A stretch of DNA of 64,000 bases from a candidate division FCPU426 bacterium (GTDB taxonomy: Bacteria; Oederibacteriota; Muellerivitia; Muellerivitales; Muellerivitaceae). The stretch covers positions 1 to 64,000 of the forward strand of contig CAWKAR010000057.1 of the NCBI GenBank assembly GCA_963847625.1, written 5' to 3'. The position numbers were made by a program, and so were the translations under genes. The notes under the pieces were generated by a model that was not told the origin of the DNA, searched no databases, and saw only the letters and a list, made by a program, of their open reading frames with translations. Shown piece by piece: positions 1-9,670 of the stretch; position 1 is the first letter of the stretch, and each line of letters begins with the position of its first letter.

Positions 1-8
1 AAAAGGGC

Positions 9-1139
9 ATGAGGATGAAGGCAGAACAGGGCTATTGGCCGACAGTAGCCCCTATTGGTTACAAAAATATCCAAGGCCAAGACGGGAAAAAGACCATTGA
101 AATTGATTCTGAAATGGCCCCTTTGATAACCAAACTCTTTGAATATTACTCAACCGGAAACTTCAATTTAAAAACCATAACCAAAAAGATGAAAGAGGAA
201 GGGTTAGTTACCCGAAAAAGCAAAAGGGCTTTAAACAAAAGCGCAATTCATACGGTCTTACATAACCGGATGTATTCGGGTGAATTCGAATGGAACGGAA
301 AACTTTTCAAAGGAAACTATCAACCCATAGTTTCAATTGAGTTATTCCAGAAGGCTCAAGGAATTCTAAACCAAAGGTATTCCAGATCAGGAAAGCCCAA
401 AGTGGATTTGGCTTTTACCGGCTTAATAACTTGTGGGCATTGTGGATGTTCGTTAGTGGGAGAAATGAAAAAGGGAAAATATGTTTACTATCACTGCACG
501 GGCTGGAAAGGTAAATGCAAAGACCCTTACACCCGTGAAGAGGTATTAGAACAGGGTTTTTCAGATAACCTGAAAAAGCTAGTTTTGAATGAAGAGGTTT
601 TAACCTGGATGAGGGTTTCTTTGAAGCAAAGCCACAAAGACGAGAAAGAACATCATGGGGAAGCTTTAGCCCGTTTAAGGGGTGAATACGACAAAATCCA
701 AGGCCGTCTTGATTCAATGTATGAGGACAAGCTAGACGGCAGGATCAGTAACGAGTTTTACGACAAGAAGGCCCTGGAATACCGCCAAGAGCAACAGAAC
801 CTAAACAAGTCCATTCAACAGCACGAAAAGGCAAATAAGAACTATTTGGATGAAGGAATAAGGCTTTTGGAAATGGCGCAAAACGCCCATGAGGTATTCA
901 AGCAAGGCGATAGAATCCAAAAGCGGAATATTTTGAATTCAATCTTCCTGAAAAACTCTTGGAAAGAAGGGGTTCTAATCTCAGAGTTCCGGGAACCTTT
1001 TAACCGCTTGGCAATCTCGAACTCTCAAACTCCAAATGAAAAGCCCCTAGGGGTTGGCTCTAAGGGCTTTAACGAAAAATGGCTCCCCGGATTCAACGAT
1101 TTGCGAACTTTCCGCCTAGAATTCCCAAAATATTTTTAA
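9..1139 (+). CDS. Large serine recombinase, C-terminal part (recombinase domain, zinc ribbon, coiled coil); catalytic N-terminus is upstream of the window
   Basis: APIGY motif, LHNRMYSG, GLITCGHCG...YYHC zinc ribbon, and WLPG C-terminus typical of LSRs. Confidence 0.9.
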   Translation: MRMKAEQGYWPTVAPIGYKNIQGQDGKKTIEIDSEMAPLITKLFEYYSTGNFNLKTITKKMKEEGLVTRKSKRALNKSAIHTVLHNRMYSGEFEWNGKLFKGNYQPIVSIELFQKAQGILNQRYSRSGKPKVDLAFTGLITCGHCGCSLVGEMKKGKYVYYHCTGWKGKCKDPYTREEVLEQGFSDNLKKLVLNEEVLTWMRVSLKQSHKDEKEHHGEALARLRGEYDKIQGRLDSMYEDKLDGRISNEFYDKKALEYRQEQQNLNKSIQQHEKANKNYLDEGIRLLEMAQNAHEVFKQGDRIQKRNILNSIFLKNSWKEGVLISEFREPFNRLAISNSQTPNEKPLGVGSKGFNEKWLPGFNDLRTFRLEFPKYF

Positions 1140-1170
1140 TTCAAACACAGATTCAACGATTTGCGAACCT
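1088..1170 (+). repeat. Two copies of GATTCAACGATTTGCGAAC (1090-1108, 1150-1168); third copy at 6995-7013; putative att-related direct repeat
   Basis: Exact 19-21 bp matches read directly from the sequence. Confidence 0.8.
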
Positions 1171-1415
1171 TCAAATTCCAAGTAATTCAAACCCAAAGGC
1201 ACTTTTGGTGGTAAGAATTTTTGGTATTTTAAAATCTCCATCCGAACAGCCAATTTAAAGCGCATACCCATTTAGCAACATTATCTGGATACCTGTTTAA
1301 AAATGGCCTGAAGGAATATTTATAGTTTAAAATATTTATGTGACCCCTAATTATATTCGATTTTCGAACTATTAGTTTCGAATTGGGTTGAAGTATTTTC
1401 TAAAGAGACAAAATA

Positions 1416-2192
1416 ATGCGGATAAATAAAAAAAGATTTACTAAAAATAATGATTATTTGATTTGCATTTTAGACATACTGGGATTTGAAAACTTGTTTA
1501 ATGAGCTTGGGTTAGAAATAATTGAATCAAAATACAAGGAACTTATTGCGGTTATTGAAGAACAAAATATTAGTTTTGCTGTAGTTGTAGGACCGGGTGG
1601 ATATCCAATGGCCGGATCACCAAATATCAAATCTGCATATTTCAGTGATTCCATTATCATTTGGTGTAAATATGATTTTTTCAGGATGGAAGTTTTATTT
1701 AATACTTTGAAAGAATTGCTTTGCAAATCTATTGAAATCGGTTTGCCATTAAGAGGTTCTATAAGTGTCGGCCCTGTAAAAATCGACGAAGAGAAAAGCA
1801 TATTTCTTGGGCAGCCAATTATTGCCGCAGCAAGAGCAGAATCAGTTCAAAAGTGGATAGGCATTACATTTAGTAAAACTTTTAATGAAGAACCATATTG
1901 CAACGGGTTCAAGCTTGATTGTTTTTTACAATATGATAAGCATCTTAAAAAGGGCGGAGAAAAAATGACGATACCATTAGTTATTGATTTTCCTAGACAA
2001 TGGCGATTAAAAAGAAAGAATTCGTTAATTGATGCCATTCAAAAATTAAATAGAGATGCGAAATATTCCGTATATTATACAAACACAATTAATTTCATTA
2101 AATTTTCAGAAGAAAAACATGATTGGTGGAAAAAAGACCCTAGATATTTAGAAGGACTTGAGAAAATGGAAAAAAGAAATGAAAAGACCTAG
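1416..2192 (+). CDS. Adenylate/guanylate-cyclase-like (class III fold) hypothetical protein
   Basis: LDILGF, YFSDSII, LRGSISVG and GQPIIAAARAE motifs match the layout of class III cyclase-like proteins. Confidence 0.55.
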   Translation: MRINKKRFTKNNDYLICILDILGFENLFNELGLEIIESKYKELIAVIEEQNISFAVVVGPGGYPMAGSPNIKSAYFSDSIIIWCKYDFFRMEVLFNTLKELLCKSIEIGLPLRGSISVGPVKIDEEKSIFLGQPIIAAARAESVQKWIGITFSKTFNEEPYCNGFKLDCFLQYDKHLKKGGEKMTIPLVIDFPRQWRLKRKNSLIDAIQKLNRDAKYSVYYTNTINFIKFSEEKHDWWKKDPRYLEGLEKMEKRNEKT

Positions 2193-2435
2193 AAGAAATG
2201 TTTCTTATTTTTAAGGAATAAGAGGAACGCCGTCAAAAGGAATTTAATAACCCAATCGGTAGTTGATGCCAGATTTTCACCAAGTTTATTAGCGTAACTG
2301 ACTTTAAAAAGGTCTAATGGTTTTTTACGTTTCATATTCTATTTTATACAAAACGGGTCAACGATTCTGTCAAGCCTAGAATTACATGATTTTAATTTCC
2401 TTCTTTTAAACCAGTAAACTCAAGAAAAGAATCGT

Positions 2436-4787
2436 TTAAAAAGGGATTAATTTATATTCTTTGGAAAATCCTTTCATTTCATAATTTCGGATTGAAAGGT
2501 TTTCCTTTACCTTGAATAACCTTTTATAAATTATTTTTGCATGTTTAATCTGCCCAAACTTTAATAACTGTAAATAAAATTTATTCAGAAATAACAGGTA
2601 TTTTAAAGCAATTATTTTTTTCGCATATAAATCATCTTTATCATAAAAATCGACAAGCATATTTTTTATTTCACGTCCCATTGATAGAAATTTAACGATA
2701 TTTCTTTTTATTCTTTCTCCGTTTTTCAATGCAATTTCATTTAATGTTGCCATTCCAAGAATATGAATTTTTTTTCCAAGGTTAATATCAAGTTCTTTTT
2801 CCAAGACCTTAAGTATTTTCATGTAAAAAAAACGTGATTCTTTATATTTGCCTAAATAAAAATAACAATCCGCAAGATCATTAAACACACCCTTAAGATA
2901 ATCATCATCATTTATTCCATTAAATCTCTTTTTTATTTTAATGACTCTGATTAATAATTTTTCCGCCTCTTTGTATTGTTTAACCGAAAATTTTTCCTTT
3001 GAAACCTTTTCCAATACTTCTCCCAAACTTTCGGGATTATTCTTATATGACTCCGTTGCAATTCGCATTATTTCGTTATGAACTAATAACAATTTTTCTT
3101 TCTTGTTTTGTAATGTATAAATTTTAGACAGGATTTTTAAAGGTTTAAGTATTAAATTCCTATCCGATGCCGATAAAGTTCTTTTGCGTATTTCGATTGC
3201 TTGAAGTACATATTTTTCCCCTTTTGAATAATTAAAACCATTTGGTGCAGTTTTTTTAGTTCGAAAAATCTTATTTATTATCTTTAGATACTCATAATGT
3301 TTAATTTCTTTTGAAACCAAATATTCAATAGCCTCAGCTACCTTCGGATGCCCAGAACCGAAGCTTTTAATAACTAAAGGGATATCACCTATTTTTTCGG
3401 GGTTGATTACTCGAAACCAATCTTTTTTAAATCCTAAATTTATTTTGATTTTCTTTGTTTCAGGTATTTTCGGTATTTTTAATGAAATAGAACTTAAAAG
3501 ACGATTGTAAATACGTTCTGCAAGTGGTTTTAAAACAATAACGTCATCGATGACTCTTTGTTTTAATACTTTAAGGGCATTTGTATATCCATTTTCATAA
3601 GCTTCCCATAGGTCAACGGACATTTGCCCAGGAAAATCAGTTTTTCTTTTTATTCTATAAAATTTTTCTGCGCCGGATAATCCACCCCTTATCCCAAAAT
3701 TAAATAAAGGCCATCTCAAATCAAAGTTTATCTGGTTAAATTTTATTCTAGGGAATTCGCTTTGGATCATCCGTATATCAAACAATGACCCGTTATAAGT
3801 AACAACATATGGGTATTTATTTAATAATTTCGGGAATTGGTTTAAATTTATTCCATGAACAAAAGTAAAAACCTTTTTTCCATCAAAAGCACCTACTACT
3901 GTGATTTTATCTTGAGAAAAATTTAAACCCGTGGATTCTATATCAATATATAAACATCTATTTTGAAAAGTTTGATAAGAACGCCAAAGTTCCCTTTTTC
4001 GATTTCTAGGTATCCGATTAAGAAAATCTGCCCTTCCTTCCTTAAGTTCGTTCATAGCCGATAAAATATTGGATTTAAGATGTTCTGATTGTTCTTTTGG
4101 ATAGAAATTAACTCGGGAAGAAATATAACTATCCCAATCTAAAATATTTAACTTATACAACGATTGCTCGAATGAATAACTTGATCCAGGGAATATGCAA
4201 AAAGAATGTTTTAACGCGCCAAGCGGATTAATTGCTTTGCCCTTATAAAAAGATAAATTAGTTTTATCTATTACAGGATGCTTGATTAAATCATTCGGGG
4301 TTTTAATCGTCGGGAATGAAAATAATTTCTTTAGATATCCCCTATTCATTCGAAAAGGCATCTTTGTTTTTAAGCCCAAAAGATTTTTTATATAATCATC
4401 ATTTTTTCCTTTGGCCCTAAATTTGCGAGTTAATTTGATTATATCCACCTGTGAAATTTTAGACGATGCATACAATTCGGTTACTTTTTGTATTTCAACG
4501 CCTTGTCCTGAATGAATTACTAAATGGCAGAGTTTGCAAATTACAGTTAGATTAGAAATTTTTTCATTATTAAAATCTCCATCTATATGGTGAACTTCTG
4601 TTTCATCTTGTGATTTAAACCCGCAAAATTGGCATCTGTGGTCGAATTTCTTTTTTATTAACACTCTTAAAGATTTCCAAGCCGATGTTCTAAGATATTT
4701 CTTAGCTTCCAAGTCACGCCATGTATTTGGATCTGCAAAAGATGGAAATAATTCGCCCGGTTTGGGCATTAAAGATTTAGAAGTCAA
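2436..4787 (-). CDS. HNH endonuclease / YprB-like RNase H-fold (DEDD) exonuclease / TPR-like fusion protein (start may be ATG 4769)
   Basis: CQFCG..EVHHIDGDFNNEKISNLTVICKLCH (HNH); YIDIESTGL, VVTYNGSLFD, FDLR, GGLSGAE, DDV (RNase_H_2-like); helical TPR-like C-terminus (YKEAEKLLIRVIKIKK, NDLADCYFYLGKYKES). Confidence 0.75.
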   Translation of the reverse strand: MTSKSLMPKPGELFPSFADPNTWRDLEAKKYLRTSAWKSLRVLIKKKFDHRCQFCGFKSQDETEVHHIDGDFNNEKISNLTVICKLCHLVIHSGQGVEIQKVTELYASSKISQVDIIKLTRKFRAKGKNDDYIKNLLGLKTKMPFRMNRGYLKKLFSFPTIKTPNDLIKHPVIDKTNLSFYKGKAINPLGALKHSFCIFPGSSYSFEQSLYKLNILDWDSYISSRVNFYPKEQSEHLKSNILSAMNELKEGRADFLNRIPRNRKRELWRSYQTFQNRCLYIDIESTGLNFSQDKITVVGAFDGKKVFTFVHGINLNQFPKLLNKYPYVVTYNGSLFDIRMIQSEFPRIKFNQINFDLRWPLFNFGIRGGLSGAEKFYRIKRKTDFPGQMSVDLWEAYENGYTNALKVLKQRVIDDVIVLKPLAERIYNRLLSSISLKIPKIPETKKIKINLGFKKDWFRVINPEKIGDIPLVIKSFGSGHPKVAEAIEYLVSKEIKHYEYLKIINKIFRTKKTAPNGFNYSKGEKYVLQAIEIRKRTLSASDRNLILKPLKILSKIYTLQNKKEKLLLVHNEIMRIATESYKNNPESLGEVLEKVSKEKFSVKQYKEAEKLLIRVIKIKKRFNGINDDDYLKGVFNDLADCYFYLGKYKESRFFYMKILKVLEKELDINLGKKIHILGMATLNEIALKNGERIKRNIVKFLSMGREIKNMLVDFYDKDDLYAKKIIALKYLLFLNKFYLQLLKFGQIKHAKIIYKRLFKVKENLSIRNYEMKGFSKEYKLIPF

Positions 4788-4873
4788 GTTGGGCCTACTT
4801 TTATGTTTAAAAATTTCTATTTTTATATTTTCATAAATATTTCTTTAGTTTATTCAGTATATCGAATAAATAA

Positions 4874-4903
4874 AAAAGCCCTTCTTTTTTCGTCGAGGGG
4901 CTT
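4874..4903. terminator. Probable intrinsic terminator hairpin
   Basis: aaaaaagccc...ggggcttt inverted repeat with a T tract on the minus strand. Confidence 0.45.
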
Positions 4904-4938
4904 TAAAGGGAAATTTAAAATAAATTTAATGATGTTAT

Positions 4939-5493
4939 TTACATAATAGGTTTGGGAGTTGGAGTTAAAACAACCATAGGTTTTTTCTTTGGTTTTTTAA
5001 CCGGCGTTATAGTCGGTGTTTGAATCGAGGTAATTTCCTGGGCAATCAATTTTAAACCTACCGCAGGTTGTTTAACAAATAAACCGACTTCAGCCCAACG
5101 CATTAACAAAACATATTTTCCCGCTGTTAAATCTCCACTTTTTTCGTAACCAAGTGTGTTCATTTTGCTGAATCCCTCAACGGAGGTTAGATTCATTAAG
5201 CTCCCCGAATTTTTATATTTGGAATAATTATCCTCATCTAATAAATAAACATTTAACGCAGGTTTTTTGTTGCTACTTACTATTGTTAATGAAACCGTGG
5301 AATTCTTAGCAATCGTAAAAGGTCTTTCTAATCCGTTTTGAGGTTTATTTTTGGGATGACCAGGACCAGGAACTTTAAATATTTCATCGAATATGGTTAC
5401 GGGTTTAACTTGGGTTTGTGCCTCGGATTTTGTGACTTGTGCGCTCATCATGGAAATGAGGACTAATACAATAAGGGTTAATTTTATTTTCAC
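4939..5493 (-). CDS. Secreted hypothetical protein with Thr/Pro/Lys-rich tail
   Basis: GTG start after GGAGG, hydrophobic signal peptide, open frame. Confidence 0.6.
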   Translation of the reverse strand: MKIKLTLIVLVLISMMSAQVTKSEAQTQVKPVTIFDEIFKVPGPGHPKNKPQNGLERPFTIAKNSTVSLTIVSSNKKPALNVYLLDEDNYSKYKNSGSLMNLTSVEGFSKMNTLGYEKSGDLTAGKYVLLMRWAEVGLFVKQPAVGLKLIAQEITSIQTPTITPVKKPKKKPMVVLTPTPKPIM

Positions 5494-5797
5494 AGAAACC
5501 TCCATTAATACGTTTAATTGTTCATAATTATACTGCACCAATAAATTTCTTGCGTTTTTTCTACGACACTTCCCTAAAAATGTACGTTTGTCTTTCCTAA
5601 AACAACCTATTTACAAACGGTTGAATCTACCGTCAAACTTCCACTAACGAAGCTTTGAGGCCATTTCACGGGATTAACGCAGGTTGTAAAGCTCGCATGG
5701 TCGGCATTTTGAATTACGCTCAAATCTGTGTAAGAAGCAAATGTTATTACGATGCTGGCTGAAATGGCGGAACAAGGTAATGTGTCCCCGCAATATT

Positions 5798-6115
5798 TTA
5801 CTTGCAGATGGAAGGATCAACGGTCACGTCACCGCCGACTATTTTTGGTAATTTGGTAGGAGTCACACAAGTTGTGAGGTCCTCGCCGACATATTCAATC
5901 ACACTTAAATCCGTGTAAGTAGAGCAAGTAATTTCAAGGTCCTCGCCGATGCTGCATGGCAAAGATTCACCACACCCAATAACTGCGTCCTCGGTAATCG
6001 CGCCGGAACATGGGGCAGAAGTAGGTAATGCTTTTTTAGGCGAAACATGAAAATCCCGCTCACAAGATAAACAAATGGCTGAAAAAAGAACAAATCCAAC
6101 TAAAAATATTTTCAT
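5798..6115 (-). CDS. Small Cys-rich putative lipoprotein
   Basis: MKIFLVGFVLFSAICLSC lipobox-like N-terminus; multiple cysteines. Confidence 0.55.
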   Translation of the reverse strand: MKIFLVGFVLFSAICLSCERDFHVSPKKALPTSAPCSGAITEDAVIGCGESLPCSIGEDLEITCSTYTDLSVIEYVGEDLTTCVTPTKLPKIVGGDVTVDPSICK

Positions 6116-6205
6116 ATAACCACCTAAGATTAACCTTTTCGGCATTTTCAGAAGGATACCCATCGGTAGTTTTACCTTATCACGTTGCCTTTTATGTTGT
6201 AAACC

Positions 6206-6430
6206 ATGAAAAAGTCTAAATACGTTGAAGTCCTCAAAGTGGGGGAGAATATTAGGAAATTAAGGACTGAAAAGGGATGGACTCAAGAAAAACTGGCCGA
6301 AATTGCCGATCTTAATCCCAAATATGTTGGTTTTGTGGAAAGAGGACTTAAAGCCCCCTCAACCCGAAATATCGTTAAATTTTATAAAGCTTTAGGATGT
6401 AGCCCTTCTAAATTATTTAAAGACATTTAG
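6206..6430 (+). CDS. XRE/Cro-C1 family HTH regulator
   Basis: GENIRKLRTEKGWTQEKLAEIADLNPKYVGFVERG is a classic HTH_3 pattern. Confidence 0.9.
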   Translation: MKKSKYVEVLKVGENIRKLRTEKGWTQEKLAEIADLNPKYVGFVERGLKAPSTRNIVKFYKALGCSPSKLFKDI

Positions 6431-6502
6431 AATATTTTATAACCTTGGAAATACCCATATCTGTAGTTTCTGAAGGTCCAAGCAGTCGAACTCATAAACC
6501 AC

Positions 6503-6915
6503 AACCCATAAACCCATTCTTAAGAATCCATTCTTAAGAATCATTCTTAGAATCCACAAACCCATTAGGCAGGGTTCAAAAGCTATTATTTATGAGTTTA
6601 TTAACCCATAAACCCATTCTTAAGAATCCATTCTTAAGAATCATTCTTAGAATGCCATTCTTAGAATCCACAAACCCATTAGGCAGGGTTTAAAAGCCAT
6701 TATTTATGGGTTTATTAACCCATAAACCCATTCTTAAGAATCCATTCTTAAGAATCATTCTTAGAATGCCATTCTTAGAATCCAAACCCATAACCCATAC
6801 CCATAACCCCATTCGGTATGCCTAAAAAACCATAATTTATGGGATATAACCCACTCCTAAACCCATACCCACAAACCCATTACCCATAAACCCATAACCC
6901 ATTTCCTAACCCATA
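6503..6915. repeat. Three long tandem units (starts 6503, 6603, 6717) with internal ATTCTTAAGAAT palindromes, followed by AACCCAT short repeats
   Basis: Read directly; units are 100 and 114 bp, the third is partial. Confidence 0.9.
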
Positions 6916-7042
6916 GCCTTATGGGTTTTGACTTCCCAAAAAAACACTCTCAAAGATCAACCCAGGGATTTTTTCGGGCAAAACTTCAAGGGCGGATTCA
7001 ACGATTTGCGAACCTATTTTCAGGGGGTGTTTTTAGGTTTTC

Positions 7043-7219
7043 CTATTTCACTTTTTGCGGGGGAAGGGTAGCTTTGACGGTAGCCGGGTTTAGACGCATC
7101 GCCCCGGTCATCAGCAATTCTATCAACTGCTTGGAGAGATCATGGCCTTCTTCAGGGGCAATCGGGACAAAGTTAATTTCCACGTAAAAAGGTCTTTTTT
7201 TATTATGTCCAATAGGCAT
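7043..7219 (-). CDS. 58-aa hypothetical protein divergent from the HTH-LSR operon (MPIGHNKKRPFYVEINF...)
   Basis: Manually translated ORF, below the length cutoff of the ORF track. Confidence 0.45.
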   Translation of the reverse strand: MPIGHNKKRPFYVEINFVPIAPEEGHDLSKQLIELLMTGAMRLNPATVKATLPPQKVK

Positions 7220-7292
7220 ATTTTGAGTATAATCCGATTATGCCTTATGGTCAAGTATTCAAATAAATAATTTCATCGTTTAAAAAAGGTAG

Positions 7293-7766
7293 GTGCTTAT
7301 GGCAATGACAGGTAATAGACAGGGGCCTCAAGTCTCTGAGGAGTTCGTCAAGTTATTTGAGGAACACCTGGAGAAGAATAAACTAACTTTAATGGAAGTG
7401 GCGGATAAGGTGGAAATGTCCCAAAGCTACCTTTCCAGAATTCTAAGCCGGGAAAGGGGCCTTCCATCGGATGAGAAAGTCCTGCAAATGGCAAAAGCCC
7501 TCAAGATCAATCCCCCCGAATCCCTCTTGATTGTGGCCGGAAGGATACCGGCTTCTAAAGGGGAAACGGATGGGGCAAAGATTGATAAATGTATCGAAAA
7601 AATCAACCAACTAGCCCAAGAATCCAAGGAAATCAAAGAGGCCGCAGAATCCAACGCCTTTATAGCCAAAGTCCTGTTAGGCATTGCGGCCCTTGCGGGG
7701 GTGATTCTCATTGCTATAGCGGCAATTACCCTAAAGCGGAAAAAAGAGATAAAGAATGACGCCTGA
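7293..7766 (+). CDS. XRE-family HTH protein with a C-terminal transmembrane helix
   Basis: LTLMEVADKVEMSQSYLSRILSRERG HTH; hydrophobic VLLGIAALAGVILIAIAAITL segment; overlaps the LSR start. Confidence 0.8.
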   Translation: MLMAMTGNRQGPQVSEEFVKLFEEHLEKNKLTLMEVADKVEMSQSYLSRILSRERGLPSDEKVLQMAKALKINPPESLLIVAGRIPASKGETDGAKIDKCIEKINQLAQESKEIKEAAESNAFIAKVLLGIAALAGVILIAIAAITLKRKKEIKNDA

Positions 7767-9369
7767 AAAGGTTAAATGCGGCCTTTACGTCAGGGTATCA
7801 AGCCAGAACCAACTAAGCCCGGAATATAACTCCCTGGCAAGCCAAAGGGAGAAATTAGAGGCTTACTGCAAAAGCCAGGAAGGTTTTGAAGTTTATAGGG
7901 TCTATGAGGATGGGGCATTTTCGGCTGATAGTATGGACAGGCCACAATTGCAAGCCATGTTGACCGATATTCGTTTTGGGAAAATCAACTGCGTTTTGGT
8001 TTACAAGATTGACCGGCTCACCCGTTCGGTTAAGGACTTTAATACCCTTCTGGAAATTTTCGAAAAGTACAAGGTCAAATTCGTTTCAATCACCCAAAGC
8101 TTAGACACTACCAGCCCGTCAGGCCGCTTGATGCGAAATATCATTGTGGACTTCAGCCAATACGAAAGGGAGATGACTTCCGACCGCACCAAGGACAAGA
8201 TGCACCAAAGGGCGGAAAAAGGAATGTGGAACGGGGGGTAGTGCCTTTTGGGTACAAGAACGAGAATAAGAAGCTGGTCATTCATCCCACACGAATCCCC
8301 CATTGTTCAATTCATGTTCCGTCAATTCTCACAAGAGCCTTCCCTTGCCAAGCTAAGGGAAAAACTCAGGCTTAGGGGATATATGAACCGTGCCGGGAAG
8401 GAATGGGACAAAACCGCAATCATGCATATACTTAAAAACCCGGTTTATTGCGGGAAAATTCGGATAGGTGAACAAATCTATAAAGGGCTTCACGAATCAA
8501 TAGTTGAGGAAGCCCTATTCTTGCGGATTGAGAGATTGACGCCCGACCGCACACACCCCAAAACCAAGATTGAAAGGCCGTTCCTGTTAAAGGGGTTGAT
8601 TAGATGTTCCTATTGCGGTTCTTACATGACGCCCCATTACACCCTGAAGCACAGGAAAGACGGTTCTACCCATGCTGTTTGTTATTACCGATGCACCAAA
8701 ACAACCCATTTCAATAATCAATCCTGCAAGATCAGACACATCAACGCCGATTTTGCGGAAAATTGGGTCATAAGTTCCTTAACCCAAGTTACCTACAATG
8801 ACGTTTATTTAGAAACCACTATCGAGGAAATAAACAAGAACCTACTTGGAAAAACGAATAATTTGGAAAAGGAAGTGGATAACCTCAAGAAGAGTTTAGA
8901 AGAAGTGGAAAGCAAGATAGACCGCTATGTGAAGGCAATAGGGGAAGGAACCACTACCGCCAAACTCATAGAAAAAGAAATCAAAGTCTTAACGGAAGAT
9001 AAAAGAAAATTGGAAATCCAATATGAAGCGGCCCAAATAGACTTTAACAGCCAAGCAATGGCCGCTTTCGACGTTCAATTGATAAAAGAGAGTTTGAAAA
9101 GTTTCCGTGATAGCTTTGGGGCTCTCACGACCGAGGAAAAGGCGCAAACTCTACAGAAGTTTCTCAAGACCATCTTGGTTTATCCTGAAAAGATGTCTCT
9201 TGATGTTTATGAATTACCCACCTTTTCCGTCGGTTCGCAAAAGCGTTTAAAATGGCTCCCCGGGTTGGACTCGAACTGGCGCACAATAGCCTTTGAAATA
9301 CCATTATTTTACCGTCCTGGAATAAAAGGCAGGAATTCTTTGAAAAATTCGGGTTTGAAGGAGAAATAA
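7756..9369 (+). CDS. Full-length large serine recombinase, interrupted by two compensating 1-bp indels (about 8235 and 8287)
   Basis: YVRVSS catalytic motif, DRPQL, KIDRLTRS, and zinc ribbon CSYCG...YYRC. The conserved VPFGYKNENKKLVIHP segment sits in a shifted frame between the two ORFs. Confidence 0.88.
9253..9276 (-). other. tRNA 3'-end remnant (T-loop to CCA), putative att core
   Basis: Minus strand reads GTTCGAGTCCAACCCGGGGAGCCA; no tRNA 5' part is adjacent. Confidence 0.7.
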
Positions 9370-9427
9370 GATCAAAAAGACCCGAATTAAGGCCTCATAA
9401 CAATAGGGAACCCAGCCTCTGCGGGCG

Positions 9428-9620
9428 GGAATGTGGGCAGTTTATCTCCCCTACCGGCAAACGACACTAGGAATGTGGGCGGGTTATCCCCCCCTGTCGG
9501 TAAATGACACCAGGAATGTGGGCGGGTTATCTCCCCTGTCGGCAAATGACACCGGGTTTGTGGGCGGGTTATCTCCCCCTTCCGGCAAATGACACCAGGA
9601 ATGTGGGCAGTTTATCCCTC
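9428..9620. repeat. About five degenerate 41-44 bp tandem repeats (GGAATGTGGGC..TTATC.CCCC...GGCAAATGACAC)
   Basis: Unit starts near 9428, 9470, 9513, 9555 and 9598. Confidence 0.85.
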
Positions 9621-9670
9621 TTGTGTACTGGGTTCGTGTCTTTGTGTACTGGGTTCGCGCCCTTAGGAAC

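Larger units (their letters stand above)
1..9280. mobile_element. Large-serine-recombinase genomic island(s), probably tandem; left end lies outside the window
   Basis: Two LSR genes, both ending over AAAATGGCTCCCCGG (1076-1090, 9249-9263). Cargo is AT-rich compared with the GC-rich flank, and includes XRE regulators and repeated att-like 21-mers. Confidence 0.7.

Noticed and set aside
2189..2335. 48-aa minus-strand ORF between the convergent cargo genes
   Set aside because: There is no clear RBS or recognisable motif, so it cannot be supported without homologs.
5660..5768. GCCATTTCA...TGAAATGGC long-range inverted repeat as an ncRNA
   Set aside because: Only 9 bp pair, and no convincing internal structure is visible.
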